Assembly (NCBI RefSeq): GCF_006345805.1
Contig: NC_042997.1
Coordinates: forward strand, 163,060,001-163,124,000
Source of the DNA: Octopus sinensis
Taxonomy: Eukaryota
Length of the DNA: 64,000 nt
Direction: 5' to 3'
This document shows, piece by piece, positions 42,236-55,062 of the stretch. How positions within the stretch are numbered: the first letter of the stretch is position 1; the number at the start of each line of letters is the position of its first letter. The position numbers and the translations under genes were made by a program. The notes under the pieces were generated by a model. The model searched no databases and was not told the DNA's origin. It was given only the letters and a program-made list of their open reading frames with translations.

Positions 42236-42392
42236 GACAAGCTTCTTTCAGTTTCCGTCTACCAAATCCACTCACAAGGCATTGGTCGGCCCGGGGCTAT
42301 AGCAGAAGACACTTGCCCAAGATGCCACGCAGTGGGACTGAACCCGGAGCCATGTGGTTGGTTAGCAAGCTACTTACCACACAGCCACTCCT
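41961..42392 (-). mobile_element. tRNA-derived SINE, young CpG-rich copy with an internal (TA)/(TG) tract
   Basis: Head GGAGTGGCTGTGTGGTAAG (A box) and GGTTCAGTCCC (B box); tail (AGAGTAA)n. Other copies are at 12563-12912(+), 46068-46440(+) and 62693-63067(-), with partials near 7250, 16345, 27290, 43420, 49950 and 56455. Confidence 0.9.
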
Positions 42393-43789
42393 TATTTTAT
42401 TTATGTGTCTAAGAGGATTTTTTTTTTTGTCAGAGGTCTGAAACTGGTAGATGGGGTGAGGAAAAACTCATTATTTCTCCTGGTCCAAAGTGCTTATAAC
42501 ACTAAATCCTCTCAAGAATCAGGGACATGATGTTAAATCAGGTGAAGGATTAGGTCTAACACCTAACAACTGGCACAATGCAATTTTCAAGACTCTGCAT
42601 GATTTCCATCTACCCAATTTCACTCACAAAGCCTGCACAAGACCAAAATTATATTAATATTACAAGAGATAACACTTTTCCAGGTTTCACTGGACTGTGC
42701 AGCAGTCCAATGAAACCATTAAAAAAAAAAAAAAGATTTCTTATATCTGACTTAATAATTTTCTTTGGTGTTGTCCAACTATTTCATGCATATTCATATT
42801 TTTAGCTTAAGCCTTTATCATTTCAACCAGTCATATCTAGCCCAAATATCCTATCTGTTTTATTTTCAAACTAGCTACATCTGATCTCTCACACTTACCC
42901 TACAATGTCATTCTAAACATAAACAACTATATCATCGAAATTTCAAAGCTATGAACGATCGATTCAAAACAATGTGAATAAATATGCATCACATTTGACA
43001 GAGTAATCTGAATATTAAAAGGTTAAGTTGTGGTGGTTGTTGTGAATGCAGAGATGGTAATTGACATGGTAAATGTAATTAGCTTCTACAATAGCTATGA
43101 TATCAATGTACAGCTGCTATTGATTGACAGCCATAGCCAAATCATCTTAACTGCAATTCATTATCATCATCATTGTTTGAACATCCACTTTTCCATGGGT
43201 CAGAAGATGGAATTTGTTGAGATGGATTTTCTAAAGCTGGATGCTCTTCATGTCACCAACCCTCACCTGTTTCCAAGTAAGATAATATTTTCCCCATGAC
43301 CGGACATGTTTTCACAGAAGACTGGAAATGAAGAACATCGCTTGTATGATGGTGACACTCATTTACAATTATCATGTGATATCAAGGCAAGGAGACAATC
43401 ATACACATACACAGACAATGGGCTTTCTTTAGTTTCCATCTTTCAAATCCACTCACAAGGCTTTGGTTGGACCAGGGATACATTAGAAGACACTTGTCCA
43501 AGATGCTATGCAATAGGACTGAACACTGAACCAGTCCTATTGGTTGGAATTAGAAAGCAAATTTCTTACCACAGAACCACACCTGCAATTCTAACATTGA
43601 AAATCTGAACTTCCCATTGAGTTCTCCTCACTGCAGTGTAACAAGCAAAATGTCATCAGGTCTCATCAACTTGGGGGGATTTTAGCAACAGAAGAAACTA
43701 CTGTACTTAGTAGACACAAGCCCAAAAGAGTAGAAAGAATGTTCTACTTCAGTTTGATGTTTGTTACAAGCATAAAACCCATGAATATT

Positions 43790-43985
43790 CTTTTCTACTC
43801 TAGACACAAGGCCCAAAACTTTTGGAGAGGGGCCAGTCGATTAGATTGCTCCCAGTACACAACTGGTGCTTAATTTATCGACCCCAAAAGGATGAAAGGA
43901 TGAATTTGAACTCAGAACATAAAAACAGATGAAATACTGCTAAGCATTTCACCCGGTGTACTAACGATTCTGCCAGCTCACTGCC
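43790..43985 (-). mobile_element. Third SINE family copy with a 26-bp target-site duplication
   Basis: ttacaagcataaaacccatgaatatt (43764-43789) versus ttacaagcataaaccccatgaatatt (43986-44011), one mismatch. Confidence 0.85.
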
Positions 43986-46067
43986 TTACAAGCATAAACC
44001 CCATGAATATTGAACAAATAATAAATTGACAGCTAAGATTTTAATGCAAATGATATTAAACATAAGAAGCATCAATGTGAGACAAAAAATAAGCAACTAG
44101 GCCAATGAGGACACACCAGTCACAAATGAATTATCTGTGAAGCACAAGATACTCATTGAGATAATCTACCTGTTAAAATAAAGATAAAACACTATGGTAA
44201 AAATACAGTACTTCATTTTAGAAAAGAAAATGGCAAGAACTTTGTTATGTAATCAATAATGCAGTTCCCTAGTAAGCGATAACTATATGATTTAAGTCCC
44301 GCAATGAGCCTGTTGTTTTTTGGGGTTTTTTTACAATTTCAAATTGGTATTTACAACTTCTCATATAATTTACATTAAAATTATAGCTGTTAATTTATAA
44401 TTAGATCAATTGTGTTGAAAAAGTTTGATAAATATTTTTTTTTTATTTTCAACTCTAAATAAGCATTTCTAAGAAAATCTACATTTGATGAAATTTTATA
44501 CTCATAATGACAATGTTGTCTGGAGCCTGAATCATTTGGCTGCCATATAAAATCTAAATACAACAAAAAAAATGAATACATTTTGTTTTTAATTTTATCA
44601 TGACACAAGTTATTTTTATCCTTTGATTACTTGCCTGTAGATCTCACAAGCATGCCATCCAATTCACGCACTTTAAATTAGCAAACCATTATAATACAAA
44701 TCATTAAAGAAAAACTAATTATATGATTTGTTTCAAACATTCAGACAGTAGAAGACATATTTCTTCATCATTGCTTCTCCATTATATCTCTACTGAGAAA
44801 GAAAAACAGAACAAACAATTTTACTTCAAATCATGCTCTACCATCTTAAAGAAGGAAGACCACAATGGATAATGTAGTCCTCAGTATATACAGAGAAAGG
44901 ATGGTCACAGCTAACATACTTTCGGCCATACGTCTACTGGACCAGAGCTAACTTGGAGTTTAATAACAATAACAAATATCAGTTACTTTTACAATGCACA
45001 TTCCACCATGTAGAGTAAAGCATTCCAGTACAACAGTTAGAACATTCCATTCAAGCAAAATTTGCCTTTTATTCAATAATTACCACAATACACTGGAATT
45101 AATTCAACTCACTATACAGGGATTAGTTCTAGCAATAAATTTCCCCGCAAGCTTTTTTAACCCTTTAGCATTTAAACTAGTCATATCCAACCAAAATAAT
45201 CTACCTGTTTTATTTTGAAACTGGTCAGATCTGGTCTCTCACATTTATCCTACGATATTATTCTAAAATCATTGAAATCCCTAAGCTACAAGATAATACA
45301 TGACCAACTCAAATCAATGTGAATAAATAAACATTAAATTTGACAGAGAAATCTGAATGCTAAAGGGTAAAAAAAATTTACACTTATAATACGTAAAAGG
45401 ATTTCTTAATATTATATGCAACAATCTTCATTTCACTGTAGTTTTGTGGTGCTAGAGGTTTCTAAAAACCATTTGCTGTAATATGCCATGGTACAAAAGC
45501 TTGCAAAATTTTTTTAAAGTATATGATAGTTGTACAATAACAACAAAACAAACAGAAAGGTACTTTTACGTTTAAACTGTAAAAGATATTTTTAGTTACA
45601 TAATTGTATGCATCTTTCACTCTCTCTCTCTCTCTCTCTCATATACACTTCAGCTGTTTGTTTCATTTTAATGGTAAATTATTCCAAGGCAAATTGTCAT
45701 AAGAATCATTAGTGATTACAGATATTCAAAGCCATAATCAATATTTGTTTTGCTTTGCTTTGGCTCTTCACAACATATGTCTTGAGTGTTGCTAGACCTG
45801 GAAGAGCTCAAATCTCTCCAGCTCTAACCCTGTAGCATTCAGATTAATCTGTCAACAGTAAAGCTTATTCATTCATGTTTCGAATTAATTATGCATTATC
45901 TCATAGTTTTGGGATGTCAAGGAAGTGATTGTTTATTTTTGAATGACATTGTAGGGCAGGTGCAAGTTTGAAAATAAAACAGGTCAAATATTTGGGCCAT
46001 ATATGGCCTGTTTAAATGCTAAACACAGCCAATTTCTTCCAGAAAGACAGACAAACAGAAGAAACAC

Positions 46068-46440
46068 AGACAGGCACAGCTGTGTGATAAGAGGCTTGCT
46101 TCCCAACCACATGGTTCTGGGTTCAGTCCCACTGCATGGCGCCTTGGGCAAGTGTCTTCTACTATAGCCTCAGGCTGACTAAAGCCTTGTGAATGGATTT
46201 GGCAGACAGAAACTGAAAGATGTGTGTGTATGTGTGTGTGTTCCCCCATCACTGTTTGATAACCAGTGGTGTGTTTTTTTTTTTTTGTGTCCCTGTCACT
46301 TAGCGGTTCAGTAAAAGAGATCAATAGAATAAGTACCAGGCTTTAAAAAGTACTGGGAATCGATATATTCAACTAAAAAGTTCTTCAAGGCAGTGCCACA
46401 GTATGGCTACAGTCTAATGACTGAAACAAGTAAATAGTAA
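46068..46440 (+). mobile_element. tRNA-derived SINE (same family)
   Basis: Same head, core and tail. Confidence 0.85.
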
Positions 46441-47099
46441 AAAAAAAGTAAAAAGACAGATAGAAGAAACACAGACAGACAGTGAAGAATCAACTCCAAG
46501 CAACTCTGCCAATTCACTACCTTATTATCACAATGTGAATTATTGATTACCTCATTATTTGACAACTGAAATTGAACATTATCATCAACACAGCATAATA
46601 ATACTAAATTATTAAGAACTAACAAATAAATTCCAAACATGTGATACAGTCTGAATGGAACATTTTCAGAAGAATATTACTCCAACATGTCAAAGTAAGT
46701 GATAAAAGCTGATGCACATTGGAGTTCTATTTACAGAGACATTTCCAGGAATAGATAAATTGTTCAGCCTAAAATGCAAAAAAAAATTCATGTCTGAAAT
46801 GTCAAATTTTGATGATATTTGTTGTCATTTGATGAACAGCCTTGCCATGACTGGCTTATATGTCATTGTAGATGCACTTTTCTAAGATTAAAAGTGTTGT
46901 AGTTAGTGGTGAGGAAAATCTGGCTGTTATTTCAGGCTAAGTTACTAAAAAAAAAAATCTTGGTAATCCATTTGTAGAAAATTTACAGCATTTGTCTCCC
47001 CACACCTGTGCTTCCACCAAACTTTAACACACACCCCACAAAAATTCCTTCATAACATCCTTCTATTTCAATTATTTTACTATATATTAACGACTGCAA

Positions 47100-47950
47100 A
47101 ATTTCCCCTAATGCACAATCCAACAAAAGTGACTGGATTGCTTTTAGGGTGATGGAAAGAATGGTGTATTTTCCATCACCCTAAAAGCAATCTAGAATTT
47201 GCTCCTCGCCTCACAGAACCCTTGAATCTTGCCTCTCTACAAAGATTTATCCCAATCTATGGAAATACACTGGAGTGAGTCACATTCCCAAGAAAGAAAA
47301 TTACTCAGCTACTGCTACTAACCACTTACTACTGTCACCTGATAACCTTTCAAAGTTAGCAGAAACAAATTGCAAACAAAACCACTTCTTCACTTTGAAC
47401 CTTCCTTTTACCATCTATACAGTTTCCCTTATGGATAGGTCTAACAGAGAATTGCTTTTTATGTCATGCAGTGGTCTCTCGCCTTTGAGGACTTCAGTGA
47501 AAGCAATGCTGTGGTCCTTAACAACAACAAAACCTTCAGTACTATTTAACACAAGAACCTGCAAGCTAAGTTGCCAACCTAGTGGATTTATTTATCTCAT
47601 GGATTAGTAGTTTCTTTTCAGACAGCTCCAGTGCAGCATGTTGTGGAGGGACACTCTCAGACCACTTTTTAGCAACTCTGATACAGTCCAAATTTTGGTT
47701 GTTTTGCACACTCTACCTCCACTACATTAATAACCAACTGTTGTTATTGATAATTATGTATGCTACTTATGTAGATGATACTGTTGCTCACTCATTGACC
47801 ATCTATGCATACACATCATCCTCATGCAACCTAGCTGCCTCATGCCAGAACTGCATCAACCTGAAATGGGATGACAAACTGAAACTTCAAAGTTGCTGGC
47901 CCTTCTTTCGTGGTGACTACATTTCTATAACATTGCCAAAATAGTACCCT
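47100..47950 (+). mobile_element. LINE (CR1/L2/Jockey-group-like) reverse transcriptase remnant
   Basis: Degenerate WK...HIPKKEN, ESNAVVL..KTF (from DISKAFD), SWISSFFSD, LYLHYINN and YVDDT motifs, in the expected order. Confidence 0.8.
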
Positions 47951-48555
47951 AAAGTCTAGTCAGGGAAAGAAAAATAGTTTAGCTCCAATCAGTAGCTGAC
48001 CAACCCTCTACAAAGCTCAAGTAAGACTTACATTGAAGAACTATAAAAAACAGATGGTGCTGCTACTAATATACACAAATATCCCAGACTGCATCCAGCA
48101 CCATTCAATTAAATAGTAAATATTCTTACACCATCACATTATAACCATTTTGTCCCAGATGTGCTGTTTCTATTCTGTATCTCCTCTTTTGCTAGTACAA
48201 TGGTTTCTGTTTCCCTGAACTATCTTGTTGCATGCTCACTCCACCCAAGCCTGTCTAATACACTCCTACTCTGACCCCTTGTCAAACCAACCCACTGAAA
48301 CATACACTTTGTCCATGTTTTCAATATTGACATTGATTTAGAGAATGCAAAACAGAATATCAATTTCACCAGTCTGTGAAGGCCTGCAAGAGTCACAGAC
48401 ACGAAGCATTCCTCTTCCTTTGTCCAACTAATATTAAAACAATATAAACCGAACAAATAAAATTTTCAATTTGACCCTAAACAAGATTTAAATGGGTACA
48501 GTCAAAGGTAACTGAAAAATAGAAACTTGAACTGGGGCTGGACTTTTTTTTTTCC

Positions 48556-48591
<36 letters not shown>

Positions 48592-48844
48592 GAAAGCTGA
48601 ATAATTAACTGATTTAACTAGACTTAGCCATGTCTCCTCTCCAACAGCAGTACATCAATACCATAAAAAAATGCTACAGATTGTCTCCATTGAAGTTGGA
48701 AATAGCTGCACCATTCAGTGGCCATTCAGAAAGTATCTCATTAGAATAGAAAATGTAGTTTTAATAGGCTGCTGCTGCTGCTTCTGTGGCTGGTTAAAAC
48801 AGCCATGACATTTCTAATCTTTGAAAAACAAAAGCTAAAATACA

Positions 48845-48878
<34 letters not shown>

Positions 48879-50340
48879 GCAATAGTAGTAGTCATAGTAG
48901 TATTTGCTAATTTTCTTTGTGAATATCTCTTGTCAGCTTGGGAACAAATGTTACATAATCTATATGGAAATACTTGTGATATAAATAAATATTGTAGGAG
49001 AAATAAACAAAACAGTCAAATAATCCAAAGTCAATATTCCAAACATTAATTATAAATAATATAAAACAGCCCAAAAACATTAACAGTTATATCAATATAA
49101 TCTACTTTCAAATGATAAACAATCACAAAACAACAACAAATGGTGATAGTGATTGTGGTGATGGCTAAGGGGTTGTCGTGTTACATTTTCTTAATGCTTA
49201 GATAAATTCAATAAAACTGGAACACATCTAAGAGTCAAAAGACATCTAGAGTACAGTAAACAATTTCATATGTTCAATGTGTGGATGTGTTGTTTACAAC
49301 TTCTTGAAATTCCATGGAGGGGGAAGCCAATCCCAAGATTGCATTACATGAGAAAGCTAAACATTTGAAATTTCTCTATTAATCTTTTCTCATAGCGTGA
49401 ATGTCTCTGGAAAGTAGTTTTGAATCTAGTCACATTACATCTTAGCTTATCTGAAGCTGCAATATTAATTACAAATTAGAACTTAGGACTAGGTCACATT
49501 AACCATTACACACCAAAGGAGTCATAAATAAAAAAGCAAACATGAAATGCTGTTATCATTGAGAAAAGAAACTCTAGATTTGATTCAGAAAAACAACCAG
49601 TTGATTTATTAGAGAGATTATTGGAATATTCTGGGTTAACGGAAAGTCGGTGGGGAGAGATACTGCCTTTTATTTCTTGAAGAAAAATAATAAATGTGTG
49701 TATGTAGATGAGACAGAGGGGAGCATATGGGAGACAGAGTGAGAGAGATCCTGAAAATAAATGTGAGATTGTGCATGAGAGGGAAGGAGCAAAAGAGAAA
49801 AAAAGTGTAAAAGAGTGAAAGGAAAAACCATTTCTTGCTTTTCTTAATGTAAAAAGAACAAAATATAATCCATCACTGTAATCTCTGTAACTGAATTCAA
49901 CTGAACACACCAGCAAATAAAATGAGTTTATAGTATATATATTTCTTTCTTCTTTTACTAGTTTGGACTGTGAAAAAGCTGGAACACCATATTCAAAGAT
50001 TTAGTTGAACATATCAACTCCAATCAGTGTATATTTTCGAGTCTGGTATTGTTTTCACTACATCTACTTGTTGAATTACCAAGTTGTGGGACACACAAAT
50101 TCTGGATTTTTTTTAAGCAGAGTCAACACAAGAAGACAGAGGTGTATGTGCATACAGATGTATATATCAGTGATGGAGGCAGTATTAATACGGAGGTAAT
50201 ATTTATTCCCACTTAAACATGATGTTCTATTAGAACAAACTTTACTGTGGTAGATACCATGAGAGAAACTCTCACATAAGCTTTTGGTACAAAATGTATA
50301 CTTGTTTATATTGCTATTGGGGAGATAAATCCCCACCAAC

Positions 50341-50416
50341 TCCAGCACCGAGAACACCAGATCACATGGTTTGAACCTTCCTTGATCTCATCAGTGATGA
50401 ATGCTCGACTGCTAGA
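50341..50416 (-). ncRNA. Degenerate type I hammerhead ribozyme within a direct-repeat-bounded element
   Basis: The minus strand reads tctagca-g-tcgag-catt-CATCA-CTGATGA-GATC aaggaa GGTT-CAAA-CC atgt GA-TC^TGGTG-tt-ctcgg-tgctgga. Stems I, II and III can be drawn. The GAAA core is mutated to CAAA. Confidence 0.6.
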
Positions 50417-51489
50417 GATAGCAGTGAATCACCTGCCCACCATCAATATATAGCAAATCAATGCTAGAACAGGTGCTGATATCACGATTACCCAGTGAGC
50501 TTGTTAAAAAATATATATACTAACAACAGAGTCAGTTTCAATACTGAGAGGTAATATCTATTCCCACTTGGGTGTTCTATTAGAAAAAAAAACTTTACTG
50601 CAGTAGACACTATGAGAGAAATTCTCACATAGGCTTTTAGTGCACTTGTGCTGGTGCCATGTAGAAAAGCACCCATGCTGGTGCCACATAGAAAAAACAC
50701 CTGTGCCAGTGCCACATAAAAAGTAATTTGTTAGTTCCACATGAAAAAGAACCAGTGCCATATTAAAAAGTACCCACGCCAGTGCCGCATATAAAGCACT
50801 GATACTAGGGCCATGTAAAAAGTACCAATGCTAGTACCACATAAAATGCACCCAGTACACTCTGTAAAGTGATTGGTATTAGGAAGAGTATCCAGTCACA
50901 TGCCAAAACAGACAAGTGGAACCTGGCCAGCTTCTGTCAAACCATCTAACCCATGCCAGCATGGAAAACAGACGTTAAATGACGATAATATGCATACACA
51001 AATATAATTTCAAAATACTTTGTAACTAAAGTCTTCACCCAACATCAGATGTGTCTTGAAATGGTATCAACAATGTGTAGTCATTGCTTTCCAACAATTC
51101 CAAATGAAATGAGATTTCAAAAACAATACGATTTTTCATTCAAATTCCTTCCTTCTATCAAAAAGGGAGCATTAAATAGACAGAAAAATCCAATAAATTT
51201 TTACTAAACTGTCCTTCCTCTTCTATTCAAATGTAAGAATTCAATATAAGTTCAAGAATTCAATGGTATTAGCATCATTCAAAAGAAAACATTTCTCCGG
51301 CTTCCATAGCTGTTAATGTTCTCTGTGGTATTAGCATAAGAATTACAGATGGATTTATTTAATTTCAATCTATATTCAGCCACTGTTTTGCAAATAAAAT
51401 TCACTGCAACTCTGATCTATCAAGCTAAAAGTCAAGTATTGTAACTACACAGCCATCACAATTAATCTGTATCATGATCATCATCATTA

Positions 51490-52113
51490 CTACTACTACT
51501 ACAATTACTACTATTATTGCTACAATTACTATTATTATTACTATTGCTATTATTATTACTATTATTAAGTGAAAGAGCAGTGCATGCCATCAAAGTGACA
51601 CTGAGGTAAAATATACGAAGCCTAGTATACCCATCATGACTACCCATCTGATAAGGGTACACCAAGCACATGCATCACAACCATATATGCATAACATGGT
51701 GATCTCATATCAAGATAATAATGCATGACCTTGCAGGTGGGGTCCAGTTAGAATTTTCTTCAGGTCAAGTAGCCCATCCCACTCAAAAGGTCCCTGAATA
51801 AGAGCTGTTTAAGGATGTTGAACGAAACACCCATGTTTCCAAAGTGAATTATCGAAACCCCAGAGAATTCCTCTCAATACATGGCTATGATGTTCCTCCA
51901 CTACTTCTGCTCGTGATCGGAGATGCACATATCATCAGTTCCTAAGGGACATGCTCAACTGGTTGAGGTCAAACAACTGACAAGCAAATCTGTGGTATTG
52001 AGCAGAATATTTGCTGTAACCCATCTTTTATACCAAAACAAAACAATGTACATGATAACACTTCCAATGAGTTAAGATCAGAAGCCATGAGAGCCACTGC
52101 CTGGTACTGCATC
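51490..52113 (-). mobile_element. (TAA)n-tailed retro-element fragment
   Basis: An (ATT/ACT)n tract precedes a ~545-bp GC-richer block that resembles a common octopus repeat (recalled, not verified). Confidence 0.5.
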
Positions 52114-54099
52114 TATTATTATTATTACTACTACTATTTTTGTTGTTGTTGTTCAGAGAGATTTATTTGCTTGGTCAATAAATATGATTGATCATTAAGA
52201 TCAGACTTTTAAGGTGATCCAGCTGACTAAACTGATTTGATAAGAGAATAAAGTTAAATGGAACTTTGTATGGAATGAAATTCAACACTTTATTGATCTA
52301 CTTAGGGTCACTTGGTCCCATGGCTGTTATTAATCTTATGCAATAACAAAATATAATATTAGAACTAGGTTCTGGATTGTATTTATTTTAAACAAAAGAA
52401 AAACTACTACAGACTAGATTGTAGATCCAACAATGAAACTGAAATACACTATTATTGCTGATGTAATTTTTATTGCTGTTGTTCAGTTGCTGTAATTGCT
52501 GTCACCAACCCAATCCCTACCATAGAACTAGTTAACCAAACAGCTGCTGGTGGTAATTTCTAAATAGAATATGTCAGAAATGGTAGTTTTCAACCAATTT
52601 ATTATTGGTATTTATTTGCAAATTTCAAAGAATTAATGGTTTGTTTGTTTGTTTTAAGTTAGGTTTTAGCAAAATTCTTATAATAGAACAGCAAAATAAG
52701 AGTTGCCAACTAAAATTATCTCGGGAAGACAAGAAAAAAATAGCCATTAATACCATTGATATTTTAAGCTTATTTTTCCAACCTTGTAACATTTCTATAG
52801 AATAAGAATTATTGCACTGTGTCATTAATGTTGCAAGTTATAACTGTTGTCATTGCTTTTTAAATTTCATTCCCAAACTGACAAAAAAAAAACTCTTTCA
52901 TTCATCAAATTGGTACATTTTACTATTCTAATCTAATTTCTTCAACCAAATGGTGTCTGTACCCAGACACTTCTATATGTGGTATATCTCAGTTTAAATT
53001 CGAATAAACTTTATATAATCAACATCATTACATTCTTTCTATATGTTCTTAATTTTTTTTTTTGACAAATATATTTATGTAATTTTGCTTATGTATCATC
53101 AGTATTTTACATCTAAATTGCTATGGATTGCACTGGTCTCACAGAATTTCATTGTTGTACTTTGTTGTCTGATATAGTACACATAACTGAGAAAACTGGC
53201 CATTTTTACTTTGTTAGTCATAATTTTGACATGGTTTTTGCAGCTGGGTGCTCTTCATATCACTAACCATTGTAAATGAAAACAGGCATTGTGGCTTAGC
53301 ATGATGTAATGTATTATGCAACATCATGAATGCATGAATAGATGTAACCATAAGTGCAATGTTCTAAACACTTCTTTGCAAGTGCATTTTGTGTTTATTC
53401 CATACTCAAACCTTGTCAAAAATAATGGTACTTTGTTAATATACATACACAGTATTTGAATAAGTACAAGATTCTTATACATATCTTTTTATGTAAAAGC
53501 ACATCACCCACCCCCATTTACGTGCATGAAAGAGAGAGGGGGGAGATAATTTAGTTGGATATAAGTACTGTAGAGTATTTGTATTCTAATTTACCAGTTT
53601 TTGTTACCTCTAAACCAATATAAACATGAGATGGTGGGGCTTCCATATATTGGCTCAGACTTATCTCTAGGTATTTTCTCAAATTACTTGCTCTTAAACT
53701 TACTCAAAAGTTAACACTGGATATTCAACAAACCATATTCAACTTCTTTCTGCTCATGAGTATTACACACATGTAATATAGTCTGTTTCATACATTAAGA
53801 CAAGATAAACTACTTTCTATCCTCTTAGATCTAATAACTAGCTCTCATTAGCACCATTTCTAGGACTGATTATGTCACAGGTAACAAAAACATTTTTAGC
53901 ATCTTCCTAGTTGCCTATCGTCTTCCTTTCAAATATTTAAAGGTTGGTTCCCTACTAAAATCCATTTCTCTAGTTCTATTCTCAAAGCCTTAGTCTTTAT
54001 AATTTTTTTTTAACATATATTAATCAGTTTAACACTACCACCTGAATATTGGATTGACTCATACTGTTAAAACTCAAATTCAACAAAGATTTTAACCAG

Positions 54100-54830
54100 A
54101 TTTAAGGATGGCTTCATATCTTGATGTGCTTCTTTCCACTGCATTGTTCCTTGGTTTATGGTGCCGTTACCTTGATATGTACATTAATTGACTAAGTGCT
54201 GCTGAAAGAAACTGGATAATCATGCTTTCACTGGGAGATGCTTCAATGAACAACAGGTATCTGTTCATTGAAGCAGTGCAAGTTCAGCAAGTGCGAATAA
54301 ATTGCATGCACATGCTGCTCATGTTTGGGAAGTTAAAAAGAAGAGTTATGATTTGCATTGGAATGTCTGTGGTGAAGAGTGAAGTAAAGAAAGAAAAGTG
54401 TGGATGACTGAACGAGACTTTAGGATACACCAAAAATGAGGGCAGGGAGGAACAGGACCTCCATCAGCACATTCTATAATGATGTGATTAGACAGCAAGT
54501 TTCCAATCCAAGAAATGATAGACAGGTGACAGTCATAGGTTGGTAAGTTAGGAGGTTCTCATACCAGACTGTTAAAGCCTTTGCTGATATCAAAAGTTCT
54601 CACTGGTGAGAAACTACTGATGACTAACAGGAGAGTAAGATTGTGATAGATATTGTTCTATGGAAACAGTATTAGTGGTCACTGAACAGGGAAACAAACT
54701 CGAGACGATGGAGGTTATTTTTGACAACTGTTTACATTGCCTTTAAGATGTGGGAAGAGAGTGTGGCAGGGTAGGACAGACACCCCTCTTTAGATGGCAT
54801 GCATGTTCAAATGATTTCATAATTTAACAT
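54100..54830 (-). mobile_element. LINE RT remnant (similar family), minus strand
   Basis: The reverse complement gives FDISKGFNS, LPTY..SWIGNLLSN and STLFFLY. Confidence 0.7.
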
Positions 54831-55041
54831 GCAGTGCAATATTTCATAGCTAAACAGGTATGCTACTTCTTATATGAGACCAGTATTGCATGATGGAATA
54901 TGTGTGTATATGTAAAATATTACTTGATTTTTAGATTGCCATTGGAACAAAGAGAAAGAGAGACAATACCAGTTATCAAGCTTCAAATAAAGTGAGCTAA
55001 AGGAACAAATTAAAAAAAAAAAAGAAATCAAATCAACATAC

Positions 55042-55062
55042 CTCAAGCTTTGTCTTAAGCAT
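55042..55062 (-). CDS. Candidate alternative start (MLKTKLE) at the 3' end of a 148-nt exon, 55042-55189
   Basis: Strong acceptor tttttcctctttctcattcag| at 55190 and donor GAG|gtatgt. The aacATG start has an in-frame stop upstream. The phase-0 end is compatible with exon 5120-5205. Confidence 0.4.

Noticed and set aside
49506-49916. 136-aa minus-strand ORF
   Set aside because: Low-complexity pyrimidine-rich sequence with no recognisable domain; more like UTR or promoter sequence.
50394-50480. Box C/D snoRNA (GTGATGA ... CTGA) on the + strand
   Set aside because: The C-box overlaps the antisense of the hammerhead core and stem I. It is antisense to the putative host gene, and I recognise no rRNA guide.
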